34,193 nt of DNA from an uncultured Bacteroidia bacterium (GTDB lineage Bacteria > Bacteroidota > Bacteroidia > Bacteroidales > UBA932): contig CACXHM010000061.1 of NCBI GenBank assembly GCA_902767465.1, positions 1 through 34,193 on the forward strand, given 5' to 3'. Below, piece after piece: positions 7,909-17,393 of this stretch (position 1 is the first letter of the stretch; each line of letters opens with the position of its first letter). The notes beneath the pieces were generated by a model. That model was not told the DNA's origin. It made no database searches and worked only from the letters and a program-made list of their open reading frames with translations. The position numbers and the translations under genes are program-made.

Positions 7909-9885
7909 TTACCAGCCCAAATTCTGGACAAGGTTCGGATTAATTTCTATGTAGGTTGTGGGAATCGGCCAGAAGTAGTCCTTAAGCCCGAAATTCTGCT
8001 CCGCCACGAAGGTTTTCACATAATAATCTTCGGGGCTCGTGGAAGTGACATGGAAACCATAAATACCCTTCTGGTATTCGGCCGGGGCTTCCATCCAGCG
8101 GCGGATATCCCAGAAACGCTGGCTTTCGAAAGCAAGTTCGTTGAGCCTTTCCTGATGAATGATGGCACGCATGCCGATCTTGGTATTATAGTAACCGGGA
8201 TTGTTGCTGTAGTTGTCCCATGCAGCCTTTACGCCAGGTATGCCTGCCCTTGCGCGAATGGCATCGAGATGCTCGAACATATCGTCGGCATGGAAACCGT
8301 TGGGGCCTTCAACCTCGTTGATGCACTCTGCATACAGAAGGTAGAGGTCGGTGAGACGCATCGTAGGCCAGGGGAACCACCATGAAGTAAAACTGTTGTC
8401 CGCCGTGCATACGCATTCATACGGGAAGAGTTTCTTGGGGAAGAAGCCCGTAATCGGTCCCGTTTCGGAACTGGTCTTTCCGTGAGCCCCGTTCAGCCGG
8501 CATTCGATATAGGCCATATCATCGGGCTGGACACCTGTGGACACGCCGGGAAGGCTACTGAGCCAGGTGCCGCCGTCGAAACCAAGCGAAGAATAGTACC
8601 GGGGTTCCCTGTTGAAGTTCATGACCGCAGTAGTGTATCCCTCTTTCAAATAGTAAGCATGCTCAGCATCGCCGTCTTTAAGCTGATAGACATTCTGCCC
8701 TGCCCATTCAAGGTCGTTTCGGATGGGAAGTCCGTTGCGGGTATAGAAACCCTCGGCAATCTTGAGCGGAACGCCGATGAATTTGTAGCCTCCGAGCATC
8801 ATTCGATACCCCGTAAGAATAGGCATGCATATCTGCTGGAAGATAGTCATTGATGATGCAGGAGTCTGAGTATTGCCCCAGATCATCTCGCTGTTCCACC
8901 TGCGGTAGAAAGAGTTGCGAAGGGTCATGTCGGTGAGCAGAGTATCATTTACATGATTGCTGCTCCCGTTCAGCACAACGGGGAACTCAAGAGCCACGAG
9001 GGCTTTGTCGAAAAGACGGATGCTGGCTTCATCGCAAATCTTCAGGGCATCTTCACATGCCTTCATTGCATTTTTCCAGCGCTCCTTGATCTGATCCTCG
9101 CTTTTCTGCGGGAACAACTGCTCTCCACGGCCGTCAACAAGTCCGGCTTCCTGTGCATTCCCGTTGAACAGAGGGCTGGCGGCATAAGTGGCCACACGGG
9201 CCTTGATGGAAGCGCAGACAGCCTTGGTTACACGGCCGTATTCGTCGGTAGACTGGTTCACCAGGGGAAGATCCGGAAGGGCTTCGTCCATAAGCGAGAT
9301 TATATAATCGAAGCAGTCGTCGATATTGTCGCGATAAACACGGACCTGGTTTATGTCAGAGTCAATGGGAAGGCTCTCGCGGATAATGGGAACCGGTCCC
9401 CACTTGCGCACAAGATTGAAGTGGTAGTAAGCCTTGAGGAACTTGGCCTCGGCCTTCCACTGGGCCTTTTCCCAGTCTTCCATGTCGGGAACCCTGTCCA
9501 CATTCTCCAGAAGGATATCACAACAACGGATTCCTTCATACATGCTTGGCCAGTCGTTGGCATAAACAGAATTTGCGCTCATAAAACCGCGCGCTATATT
9601 AAAATAGGTATTGGGAACACGGGCGGAGGTATTGGATACCACGCGGCCGACAAGGTCCCACAATTCATCGCCACCAAGCATTGCGGGATCCCCTCCCGGG
9701 ATACCATCCGCCGGAATGAACGAATAGCATGTTGCCAGATAGCGTATGGCCGCCGAACGCAGGTTGAATGCTTTTTCAATGGATGCAAGACCGTCATCCG
9801 GCACCACATCCAGGAATTTGTTGCACGATACCATACCCCCTGCAAGAAGGGCGGTTGCAAGAATACTTATAATTATCTTACGCAT
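7909..9885 (-). CDS. susD: SusD/RagB family outer-membrane lipoprotein
   Basis: SCNKFLDVVPD lipoprotein start; AEAKFLKAYYHFNLVRKWGPVP; GRVTK; RLTDLYLLYAE; ERLNELAFESQRFWDIRRW; QNLGW C-terminus. Confidence 0.97.
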   Translation of the reverse strand: MRKIIISILATALLAGGMVSCNKFLDVVPDDGLASIEKAFNLRSAAIRYLATCYSFIPADGIPGGDPAMLGGDELWDLVGRVVSNTSARVPNTYFNIARGFMSANSVYANDWPSMYEGIRCCDILLENVDRVPDMEDWEKAQWKAEAKFLKAYYHFNLVRKWGPVPIIRESLPIDSDINQVRVYRDNIDDCFDYIISLMDEALPDLPLVNQSTDEYGRVTKAVCASIKARVATYAASPLFNGNAQEAGLVDGRGEQLFPQKSEDQIKERWKNAMKACEDALKICDEASIRLFDKALVALEFPVVLNGSSNHVNDTLLTDMTLRNSFYRRWNSEMIWGNTQTPASSMTIFQQICMPILTGYRMMLGGYKFIGVPLKIAEGFYTRNGLPIRNDLEWAGQNVYQLKDGDAEHAYYLKEGYTTAVMNFNREPRYYSSLGFDGGTWLSSLPGVSTGVQPDDMAYIECRLNGAHGKTSSETGPITGFFPKKLFPYECVCTADNSFTSWWFPWPTMRLTDLYLLYAECINEVEGPNGFHADDMFEHLDAIRARAGIPGVKAAWDNYSNNPGYYNTKIGMRAIIHQERLNELAFESQRFWDIRRWMEAPAEYQKGIYGFHVTSTSPEDYYVKTFVAEQNFGLKDYFWPIPTTYIEINPNLVQNLGW

Positions 9886-9893
9886 ATTCTCTG

Positions 9894-12800
9894 TTATTTA
9901 AAGGTAACGTTTACACCGATGTTGAAGGTGCGCTGGATCGGGTAGTTGAGTCCGTTCCCGGCAAGTTCGGGATCCCAAAGGTCGAACTTGCTCCAGCACA
10001 GCAGGTTGTTGCCCTGGAAATAAACACGGAGATTATCTATGTGCAGTTTCTCTGTGAATTTGGCAGGGAGGGTGTATCCGAATTCAAGCTGTTTCAGTCT
10101 CAGGAAAGATCCGTCCCTCATCCACCAAGTGCTCACTGCAGTATTGTTATAGTTCTTATATGCACTGTAACGCGGCCAGAGAGCATAGATGTCGCGGTTG
10201 TCCTCGCTCCAGTGGCTGTCGGCGAAAGCCTTGAGCAACTGGGTGGTATTGTAGGTGATCTTCGTGACGGAACTGGTGTTGCGCACGAAAGGCGAAAGCT
10301 GCGAGGCATCGATCCAGAAAGACTCGTTTCCAAGCCCCTGGAAGAACAGTGAGAAGTCGAACCCGCGGTATCCTATGGAAGCACCGAAACCATAAATAAT
10401 CTGAGGAGAAACAGGATATCCGATAGGCACACGGTCGGCGGTAGAAATAACGCCGTCACCATTTACATCGGTATATTTTATGTCTCCTCCCCCGTACTGG
10501 CTGCCGAAAGACTGCTGCGAAGGAGAGTTCTGGGCATCTTCATCATCCACGAACAAGCGCTCGGCAATATAACCCCAGGTCTGTCCGATGGACTGTCCGG
10601 CATGCTGACGCCAGGGTTCCTTGTAGGTAGGTTCCTCATAAATCAGATACTGGCTCTTGCTCATCGTGAAGTTTCCGCGCGCAGATGTCCAGAGATCCTT
10701 GTTCCAGGACTGTTTGTAATCTGCCTGGATATCTACGCCGTGGGCTTTGGCTTCACCGATATTTGCGGCGATGGAAGCCTGGAGACCCATGGTATTAGGA
10801 ATATCGGCACGGGTCATGAAGATATCGGTACGGTGCTCGGTGTAGTATTCAGCAATAATGTCGAGTTTCTTGAACAGTCCAAGTTCAACCGCAATATTGC
10901 TCTTGTAGGATTTCTCCCAAGTGATGGCATCGTTGGCATAGCGCAGGACGTCGATACCGGCATATGAGATATTCCGGGTTGCTCCGAACGCAGCAGAGTG
11001 GGATGAACTGTTCATGTTCATCTCCGACAGATAGTAGAAACGGTTGGATGACGAACCGATGTTGTCGTTACCGACAAGACCGTAGGAATAACGGAGCTTG
11101 AGGTTGCTTACAATATTCTTGAGGGGTTCGAAGAACTTTTCGTTGGATACCATCCAGGCAACGCCCACCGAAGGGAAGAAGCCCCAGCGCTGAGATTTGG
11201 AGAAACGCTCGGATCCGTTGTAACCGAAGTTGAACTCTACGAAATATTTCTTGTCCCAGCCATAGGTGAAACGTCCGGAAAGACCGGCGTTGCGCGAAGG
11301 CAGACTCAACTGCAGCGAACCTGCGTTGGCTTCAAGTTCCTCGCGGGCTGTAAGTACGAGCAGTCCGGTCAGGGAATTCCTGCCGAAATCGCGCGACCAG
11401 TTAAGACGGCTTTCGGAATACATAGTATTGATAACCGTCTTGGCACCTTCGCTGTAAGTCAGGTAATCGGTACCGTCTTCGTTGATTCGCTGAACGTGAT
11501 ACTCTCCGGTGTAGGAGTCGTAGTTGTCGAGCGTGTACCAATACGGCTTGAACTGACGGTAGACATTATAGCTGGAGAGCCTGGTGAGGTTGAAAAGCGT
11601 CATGAAAGACAGGCCCTTGGTGATGAAGTCGAGCTTCTGGTCGAGTTCCACGGCAGCAATCATCTGCGAGCGCTGATAATCGCGATAACCCTTTACCAGA
11701 TTGGCGTAAGGATTGGTATAACTGCCGTCGCCGTAGTTACCGAACATGATATGCTGGATTCCGACATGGTCGGCATCGTCCGGGTAATAAGCCGGGAAAT
11801 GCACCGGACTGGAGTGCACCACCTGATCGTAAACGTCGGAACCGCCGTTCAGAGGTCCGGTGTAGTCGGTGAAGTTGCCGGTAAGACGCACCGCCAGTTT
11901 TGTAGTCGGCGTTACATTGATATCGACGTTGGAACGCAACGTATATGTCTTCTGGTCAATGTTGTTGTTGAACGAATTGCGTTTGTCGACATTCAGCACA
12001 CCGGTATCGTCGGTGAAGGAGCCGGAAACATAGTAGGTAGCGACCTTGCCGCCGCCTCGTGCCGACACGGTGGCCCTGTAGCTTTGGGCGCTGTCCTTGA
12101 ACAGCATGCTGTACCAGTCGTTCAAAGGATAGATGATGCGGTTTGCACCCGGCTTGCCGGTCTGTTCAATCTTATCGAAACTGAACATGAGATCGCCAAG
12201 GGGATCACGGGTGGAAATGGCTTCATTATAACCTTTCATATAAGTAACGCCATCCGCAAGTTCCACAACGTCCGTAGGAGCTGAAATCGAGGTCTCGACA
12301 CGCGCAAAAATCTTTGCCGGGCCTTCCTGTCCGCGCTTGGTGGTGACGAAAATGACACCGTTTGCACCGCGTGCACCGTAAAGGGCGGTTGCGGTAGCAT
12401 CTTTCATGACGGAGAAACTCTCGATGTCATCGGGTTGCGGACGGGCGAGGTCGGTGGTGGTGAGCTCAATATTATCGATGAGGATAAGAGGACTCGTGTT
12501 GGCACCGAAGGTGGTGATACCGCGAACAAAGAAGTCGGCATTGTCCTGACCAGGCTCGCCGGAGCGCTGGTAGGCAATGACGCCGGCGACATTGCCGGCA
12601 AGTGACGTGGTGAAGTTGCTGGACGGGACCTTCAGGTTGGAAACGTCAACGGCCGTAATGGAGCCGATCAACGATTCTTTCTTCTGCTTGCCGAACGCAA
12701 CGACAACAGCATCTTCGAGTTCGTTCTTGTCGTCGGAAAGTTTGACGATGAAATTTCGCACATCGCCGACTTTAATGATCTGGGGTATTTTTCCGACCGA

Positions 12801-13028
12801 TTCAAACTTGAGGTTGTCGGTGCTTTTTACACCTTTCAACTCAAATGAACCGTCAAGCCCGGTAACCGTGCCTGTGTTGGTGCCGGAGATGGAAACGGCG
12901 GCGTACGGCATAGGCTCGCCGGTTTCTTCTTCATAAACAATACCCCTCACGGTTCTGGTCTGTGCATGGGCGACAAGGCCCGCAAACAGGAGAAGGACCG
13001 TAATAAGGAAGCCTTTCTTAATGGACAT
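9894..13028 (-). CDS. susC: SusC/RagA family TonB-dependent transporter
   Basis: Signal peptide, carboxypeptidase-regulatory-like N domain, plug motif KDATATALYGARGANGVIFVTTKRG, FLRLKQLEFGY, C-terminal FNIGVNVTF. Confidence 0.98.
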   Translation of the reverse strand: MSIKKGFLITVLLLFAGLVAHAQTRTVRGIVYEEETGEPMPYAAVSISGTNTGTVTGLDGSFELKGVKSTDNLKFESVGKIPQIIKVGDVRNFIVKLSDDKNELEDAVVVAFGKQKKESLIGSITAVDVSNLKVPSSNFTTSLAGNVAGVIAYQRSGEPGQDNADFFVRGITTFGANTSPLILIDNIELTTTDLARPQPDDIESFSVMKDATATALYGARGANGVIFVTTKRGQEGPAKIFARVETSISAPTDVVELADGVTYMKGYNEAISTRDPLGDLMFSFDKIEQTGKPGANRIIYPLNDWYSMLFKDSAQSYRATVSARGGGKVATYYVSGSFTDDTGVLNVDKRNSFNNNIDQKTYTLRSNVDINVTPTTKLAVRLTGNFTDYTGPLNGGSDVYDQVVHSSPVHFPAYYPDDADHVGIQHIMFGNYGDGSYTNPYANLVKGYRDYQRSQMIAAVELDQKLDFITKGLSFMTLFNLTRLSSYNVYRQFKPYWYTLDNYDSYTGEYHVQRINEDGTDYLTYSEGAKTVINTMYSESRLNWSRDFGRNSLTGLLVLTAREELEANAGSLQLSLPSRNAGLSGRFTYGWDKKYFVEFNFGYNGSERFSKSQRWGFFPSVGVAWMVSNEKFFEPLKNIVSNLKLRYSYGLVGNDNIGSSSNRFYYLSEMNMNSSSHSAAFGATRNISYAGIDVLRYANDAITWEKSYKSNIAVELGLFKKLDIIAEYYTEHRTDIFMTRADIPNTMGLQASIAANIGEAKAHGVDIQADYKQSWNKDLWTSARGNFTMSKSQYLIYEEPTYKEPWRQHAGQSIGQTWGYIAERLFVDDEDAQNSPSQQSFGSQYGGGDIKYTDVNGDGVISTADRVPIGYPVSPQIIYGFGASIGYRGFDFSLFFQGLGNESFWIDASQLSPFVRNTSSVTKITYNTTQLLKAFADSHWSEDNRDIYALWPRYSAYKNYNNTAVSTWWMRDGSFLRLKQLEFGYTLPAKFTEKLHIDNLRVYFQGNNLLCWSKFDLWDPELAGNGLNYPIQRTFNIGVNVTFK

Positions 13029-13059
13029 AGGTTATTAAACTGTCTATGGTTAATTGGTA

Positions 13060-13067
13060 CAAATATA
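13060..13067 (-). promoter_or_regulatory. -7 promoter element for susC operon
   Basis: Minus strand TATATTTG (TAnnTTTG), 31 nt before the ATG at 13028; no clear -33 TTTG. Confidence 0.6.
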
Positions 13068-13092
13068 TGTAGTTTTTATTAAATAAAAAATC

Positions 13093-13100
13093 TATTTTTG
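13093..13100 (+). promoter_or_regulatory. -7 promoter element for S8 protease operon
   Basis: TATTTTTG (TAnnTTTG), 6 nt before the ATG at 13107. Confidence 0.6.
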
Positions 13101-13106
13101 CACGAA

Positions 13107-15947
13107 ATGAAGTACTGCCACATATTGCACACACTACTGCCATGCTTTTTTCTTCTGGCTGGATGCGAGGGCGTTGAAGACAATCCCGTCAGGGAATCTG
13201 TTGAAGAAGAAGGAGAAAAAGCCGCAAGGCCCCGTTTTGAGAATGCACTGATAGTACAAACGGAGTCGGACGACATCCCGCAGCTTGAGGGATTCAGTTT
13301 TGAACGCGTTTTCTCCGGTGATCCGGAATTTGAGCAGAGGCACAGGGAGGCAGGCCTGCACAAATGGTATTTTGCCATTCCTGTGGAAGATATTCCAGCC
13401 ACCAGGGCAGAGGCATCGCTCGGCTCCCTTCCCGGCATCAAATCCATAGAGAAGCCGCTTCCGGCCGTTGCAGACGCTTTTCTATTCAACGATCCTTACT
13501 TAAACAGGCAATGGCACCTGCTTAACGACGCGTCCCTGCATAACAAATTTGTCCAGGGTATCGACATCAATGTGTTGCCTGTCTGGAAGCAGTTTACCGC
13601 TGGCGGCTCTGCTGTAACCGTTGCCGTGGTGGATTCCGGAATCGAATATGATCACACGGACCTTTCAGGAGTAGTGCTGCCACCAGGCAAAGACGGAAGC
13701 AAGTCATTCTTATGGGACCATTTCTTTTCACCTTATGATTATGAATCCTCCCGTCATGGCACACATGTCGCCGGAATCATAGGCGCAATCAACAACAACG
13801 GCACCGGGGTATGCGGCATTGCAGGGGGCAGCAACGGCACAGGAGGAGTAAAGATCATTGACTGTCAAGCTATTGGATCGTCTTCCAACATGTACGACGC
13901 ATTCGTGTGGGCGGCAGACAAGGGAGCGGTGATAATCAACAACAGCTGGAACGGGGACTATAAAGCAGTTTCTGACGTTCCGGAAGAGACCGATGACAGT
14001 TACAAAACAGCCATAGATTACTTCGTGAAATACGCCGGCACCGACAAACACGGGAACCAGACAGGCCCGATGCAGGGCGGTCTGGTGGTGTTCTCTGCCG
14101 GCAATAAGGCATGGGACAGGCAGCAACCCACGATGTATGAGAAGAATATCTCGGTCGGAGCGGTCGGACCTGCCGGGGAAGCCACTTCATACACATGCTA
14201 CGGCCCCTGGGTGGACATATGTGCTCCCGGAGGCAACGACGGCAGCACCTACGGCAGTTCAGGCCTAGCCCAGATATACAGCACCATGCAGGGCAATGGA
14301 TACTACCAGATGCAGGGTACTTCGCAGGCCGCACCCATGGTGTCCGGAGTAGCGGCACTGATCGTATCGTATTTCGGAAAGGAAGGTTTCACCTGCGATG
14401 ACCTTCGCGACATCCTCCTGAAAGGGGCCGACAGGGAAATACCCGCCAGACACAACAAGGCGATAGGACCTATGCTCGATGCATACGGATCGTTCCTGTA
14501 TGCATCCGGAGCCCCTCTTAAAACCGCTGACGGGCTTTCGGTGAACACAAGGACTGCCGGCAAGGCAACAATCAGCTGGAACATAATGTCTTACGGCACC
14601 CAGCCTATGTACGCATACAAGGTTTTTCTTGCCGAAAGTCCCAACGGGCTCGCGAATGCTGATCCTTTCAATCCCCCGGCCGGAGTACGGGTACAAACGC
14701 TGGTCACCTACAACAGCACTGCAAAAACCGCATCCGTAACCTTCGACGGAATCCAGCTCGACAAGAACTACTATTTCTCGGTCGTCGGCTACACCCGGAG
14801 CCATCTTTACACTAAAGATAACACCGTAAAAAACTTTTTCGTGAGGACGAACACGCCGCCGGTGCTGACCAGCGACTATTCCGTTCCTGTATCCATCACC
14901 CATTCCCAAACTGCAACCATCAAGGCATACTATTCCGATGCGGAGGGAGACCAGCTCATATTTACTCTTGATCCCGGGTCGAATGCGGGCAGCTGGACCG
15001 ACGACGGCAACGGAAACCTCACGCTCAGCATTGACGGAAGCAAGGCGTCTGCAGGATCGTATTCGGCAAAAGTTACGGCTGATGACGGCATGGAGACCAC
15101 TTCCGTCAGTTTCATCTACACCATCCTTCCCAACCGCAATCCCGTGCTGAAACTTGAGAAACCCGTCATAGGGCAGGTCAAGTACAATGAAACGGCAGAG
15201 GCCCTGGTTCGCTGCAGCGATGCCGACGGCGACCGCTTAGGCATTACGACCACCCCGGGTTCCGCTGCGGGCACATGGGACGAGGCCGAACCGGGGTTGT
15301 ACCGTCTTTCGATCAACGGGAAAGGGGCCCCTGCCGGAACATATACAGCAAGCATCACCGCAGATGACGGACATGGAGGAACGGTATCTCTGAACATCAG
15401 CTACTCGCTGAAAGGAGGCAACAAGCCCGTGCTTGCGAAAAGTATCAAGAATTTTCCTCTCACGGTCGGAGGGAAGCCAGAAACCATCGATCTGAATTCA
15501 CATTTTTCCGACCCTGACGGGGATCCGCTCGAATTCAGCATTGTTTCCTGCGGAACCGCAGTAAAGGCCTGCATCAGCGGCAGCACACTGACCATAACGG
15601 CGGAGGAGCCGGGGCTCGCGGAGGTCTCCCTGAGCGCAAGCGACGGAAATACCCGGGAGCCGGCGGCATGCAGTTTCGTGGTTCTGTGCATGACCGCATC
15701 CGATGGAGGGAACATGGTTACATGGCCGTCGGTGGTGAGCTCGGAACTGAACATTGCCATGGAAAAATCAGGCAGTGCCAGGATATGTATCTACTCATCC
15801 ACCGGCAAATGCGTCCTCGACAGGACCGTCTATTCTTCATCATACAAATCTGCAGCAACGGATGTTTCGTCCCTCGCCCCCGGCAGATATGTACTCAAGA
15901 TTACGACCTCAGAAACGACAATCAAGAAAAGCATAGTAAAAATATGA
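13107..15947 (+). CDS. S8 (subtilisin-like) serine protease with Fn3-like domain, three cadherin/Ig-like repeats and T9SS-type C-terminal domain
   Basis: Triad motifs VAVVDSG, HGTHVAG, GTSQAAP; oxyanion FSAGN; lipobox LAGC from ATG 13107 (track start 13098 is a TTG overlapping the promoter); C-terminus ICIYSSTGKCV...DVSSLAPGRYVLKI...KSIVKI. Confidence 0.93.
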   Translation: MKYCHILHTLLPCFFLLAGCEGVEDNPVRESVEEEGEKAARPRFENALIVQTESDDIPQLEGFSFERVFSGDPEFEQRHREAGLHKWYFAIPVEDIPATRAEASLGSLPGIKSIEKPLPAVADAFLFNDPYLNRQWHLLNDASLHNKFVQGIDINVLPVWKQFTAGGSAVTVAVVDSGIEYDHTDLSGVVLPPGKDGSKSFLWDHFFSPYDYESSRHGTHVAGIIGAINNNGTGVCGIAGGSNGTGGVKIIDCQAIGSSSNMYDAFVWAADKGAVIINNSWNGDYKAVSDVPEETDDSYKTAIDYFVKYAGTDKHGNQTGPMQGGLVVFSAGNKAWDRQQPTMYEKNISVGAVGPAGEATSYTCYGPWVDICAPGGNDGSTYGSSGLAQIYSTMQGNGYYQMQGTSQAAPMVSGVAALIVSYFGKEGFTCDDLRDILLKGADREIPARHNKAIGPMLDAYGSFLYASGAPLKTADGLSVNTRTAGKATISWNIMSYGTQPMYAYKVFLAESPNGLANADPFNPPAGVRVQTLVTYNSTAKTASVTFDGIQLDKNYYFSVVGYTRSHLYTKDNTVKNFFVRTNTPPVLTSDYSVPVSITHSQTATIKAYYSDAEGDQLIFTLDPGSNAGSWTDDGNGNLTLSIDGSKASAGSYSAKVTADDGMETTSVSFIYTILPNRNPVLKLEKPVIGQVKYNETAEALVRCSDADGDRLGITTTPGSAAGTWDEAEPGLYRLSINGKGAPAGTYTASITADDGHGGTVSLNISYSLKGGNKPVLAKSIKNFPLTVGGKPETIDLNSHFSDPDGDPLEFSIVSCGTAVKACISGSTLTITAEEPGLAEVSLSASDGNTREPAACSFVVLCMTASDGGNMVTWPSVVSSELNIAMEKSGSARICIYSSTGKCVLDRTVYSSSYKSAATDVSSLAPGRYVLKITTSETTIKKSIVKI
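14850..15695 (+). repeat. Three tandem ~93-aa cadherin/Ig-like protein repeats within the S8 protease
   Basis: NTPPVL..SDAEGDQL..TADDG / NRNPVL..SDADGDRL..TADDG / NKPVL..SDPDGDPL..SASDG. Boundaries approximate. Confidence 0.75.
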
Positions 15948-17392
15948 AACACTTGTTAACTTGCACAGCAGCCCTTCTGACTGCACTGACCCTCAACGCC
16001 AAAATCACCCTTCCTCCCGTAATCGGAGACAACATGGTTCTGCAGCAGCAGACCTCCGCCGCCATCTTCGGAAAGGCCGAACCGGGAAAAACCGTTACGG
16101 TTAAAACGTCTTGGGACAAAAAGAAATACAGCACTACCGCCGATAACGAAAAAGGTGCGTGGCTGGTGCGCGTAAATACCCCCTCGGCAGGAGGTCCTTA
16201 CGAAATAACCATCAGCGACGGCGAGAAGATCACTCTTAAAGATGTGCTGATAGGTGAAGTGTGGTTTGCTTCGGGGCAGTCCAATATGGAGATGCCGGTA
16301 AGGGGTTATGGCTCACAACCCGCCAGGGGCGGCGCTCAGGCTATAGTTTCTGCCAAAGCATCGCGCCCTATCCGGGTCTGCAACATTAAGAAGCAGTCTT
16401 CGCTCAGCGTGCAGGACATGTGCGAAGGCAAATGGGAGAAGAACACTCCTAATGCAGTCGCTGCTACAAGCGCAACCGCATACTTCTTTGCGGACGCCCT
16501 GCAGAACGTGCTTGACATCCCAGTAGGCATCATCGTGAGTTCATGGGGAGGCAGCAGCATCGAGACCTGGATTACCCGGGAGGTGTTCGAAAAGGAGTAT
16601 CCGGATGTCAGCCTCGCACATCTTGACGGCCTGAAGCCGGTAAGGCTCAAGCATCATGACCCCTGCCTGCTCTATAACGGGCAGGTCGCACCCCTCGTGC
16701 CATTCACCTTCAAAGGGATCATCTGGTACCAGGGAGAAACCAACCGCTCACAGCCGGACAGGTATATCCGCCTCCAGCAGAGCTATGTAAAGATGATGCG
16801 CAAATTGTTCGAAGTGCCAGAAGCACCATTCTACTGCGTGCAGATCGCCCCTTACAGGTACGACAACGGCCGCAAGACGCACACTGCATATTTCTGCGAA
16901 GCCCAGCAGAAGGCAGTCGAAGGACTTGACCACGCCGGTTATGTAACAACCACCGACATAGGCGAATACGGCACCATCCATCCCTGCCGCAAGCAGGAGG
17001 TCGGACAGCGCCTTGCATGGCTGGCACTGCACAACGACTATGGGATGGACGCCATCGACGCAGTAGCTCCAACCTATAAGGGAGTAAAATTTGAAAACGG
17101 CAAAGCACTTGTTACCATGAACTGCGGAAACCTTGGCATATCTCCGATGGGGGCACAGATCAGCGGTTTCGAGATCGCCGGGCCAGACCATCGTTTCGTG
17201 GAAGCCAAGGCTATGCGCCACAGCAAGGACGGCCGTATCGTAGTTGTCTGGAATGACGCCGTAACTGAACCTGTCGCGGTTCGCTATTGCTGGCGCAACT
17301 GGTGTGTCGGGGGGCTCTATAACAACTTCGGCATTCCCGCAGGACCTTTCCGCACCGACGACTGGCCTCTGAATGAAGCCGACTGGCAATAG
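15944..17392 (+). CDS. Sialate O-acetylesterase-family (SASA/SGNH) carbohydrate esterase
   Basis: ATG at 15944 overlaps the S8 stop (ATGA); signal peptide then KITLPPVIGDNMVLQQ; GEVWFASGQSNMEM; IIWYQGETN; DIGEYGTIHP; FRTDDW. Confidence 0.92.
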   Translation: MKHLLTCTAALLTALTLNAKITLPPVIGDNMVLQQQTSAAIFGKAEPGKTVTVKTSWDKKKYSTTADNEKGAWLVRVNTPSAGGPYEITISDGEKITLKDVLIGEVWFASGQSNMEMPVRGYGSQPARGGAQAIVSAKASRPIRVCNIKKQSSLSVQDMCEGKWEKNTPNAVAATSATAYFFADALQNVLDIPVGIIVSSWGGSSIETWITREVFEKEYPDVSLAHLDGLKPVRLKHHDPCLLYNGQVAPLVPFTFKGIIWYQGETNRSQPDRYIRLQQSYVKMMRKLFEVPEAPFYCVQIAPYRYDNGRKTHTAYFCEAQQKAVEGLDHAGYVTTTDIGEYGTIHPCRKQEVGQRLAWLALHNDYGMDAIDAVAPTYKGVKFENGKALVTMNCGNLGISPMGAQISGFEIAGPDHRFVEAKAMRHSKDGRIVVVWNDAVTEPVAVRYCWRNWCVGGLYNNFGIPAGPFRTDDWPLNEADWQ

Positions 17393-17393
17393 T

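Noticed and set aside
15668-15943. 92-aa N-terminal extension of the esterase in the track
   Set aside because: Overlaps the S8 C-terminal domain; the signal peptide starts at ATG 15944 with ATGA coupling.
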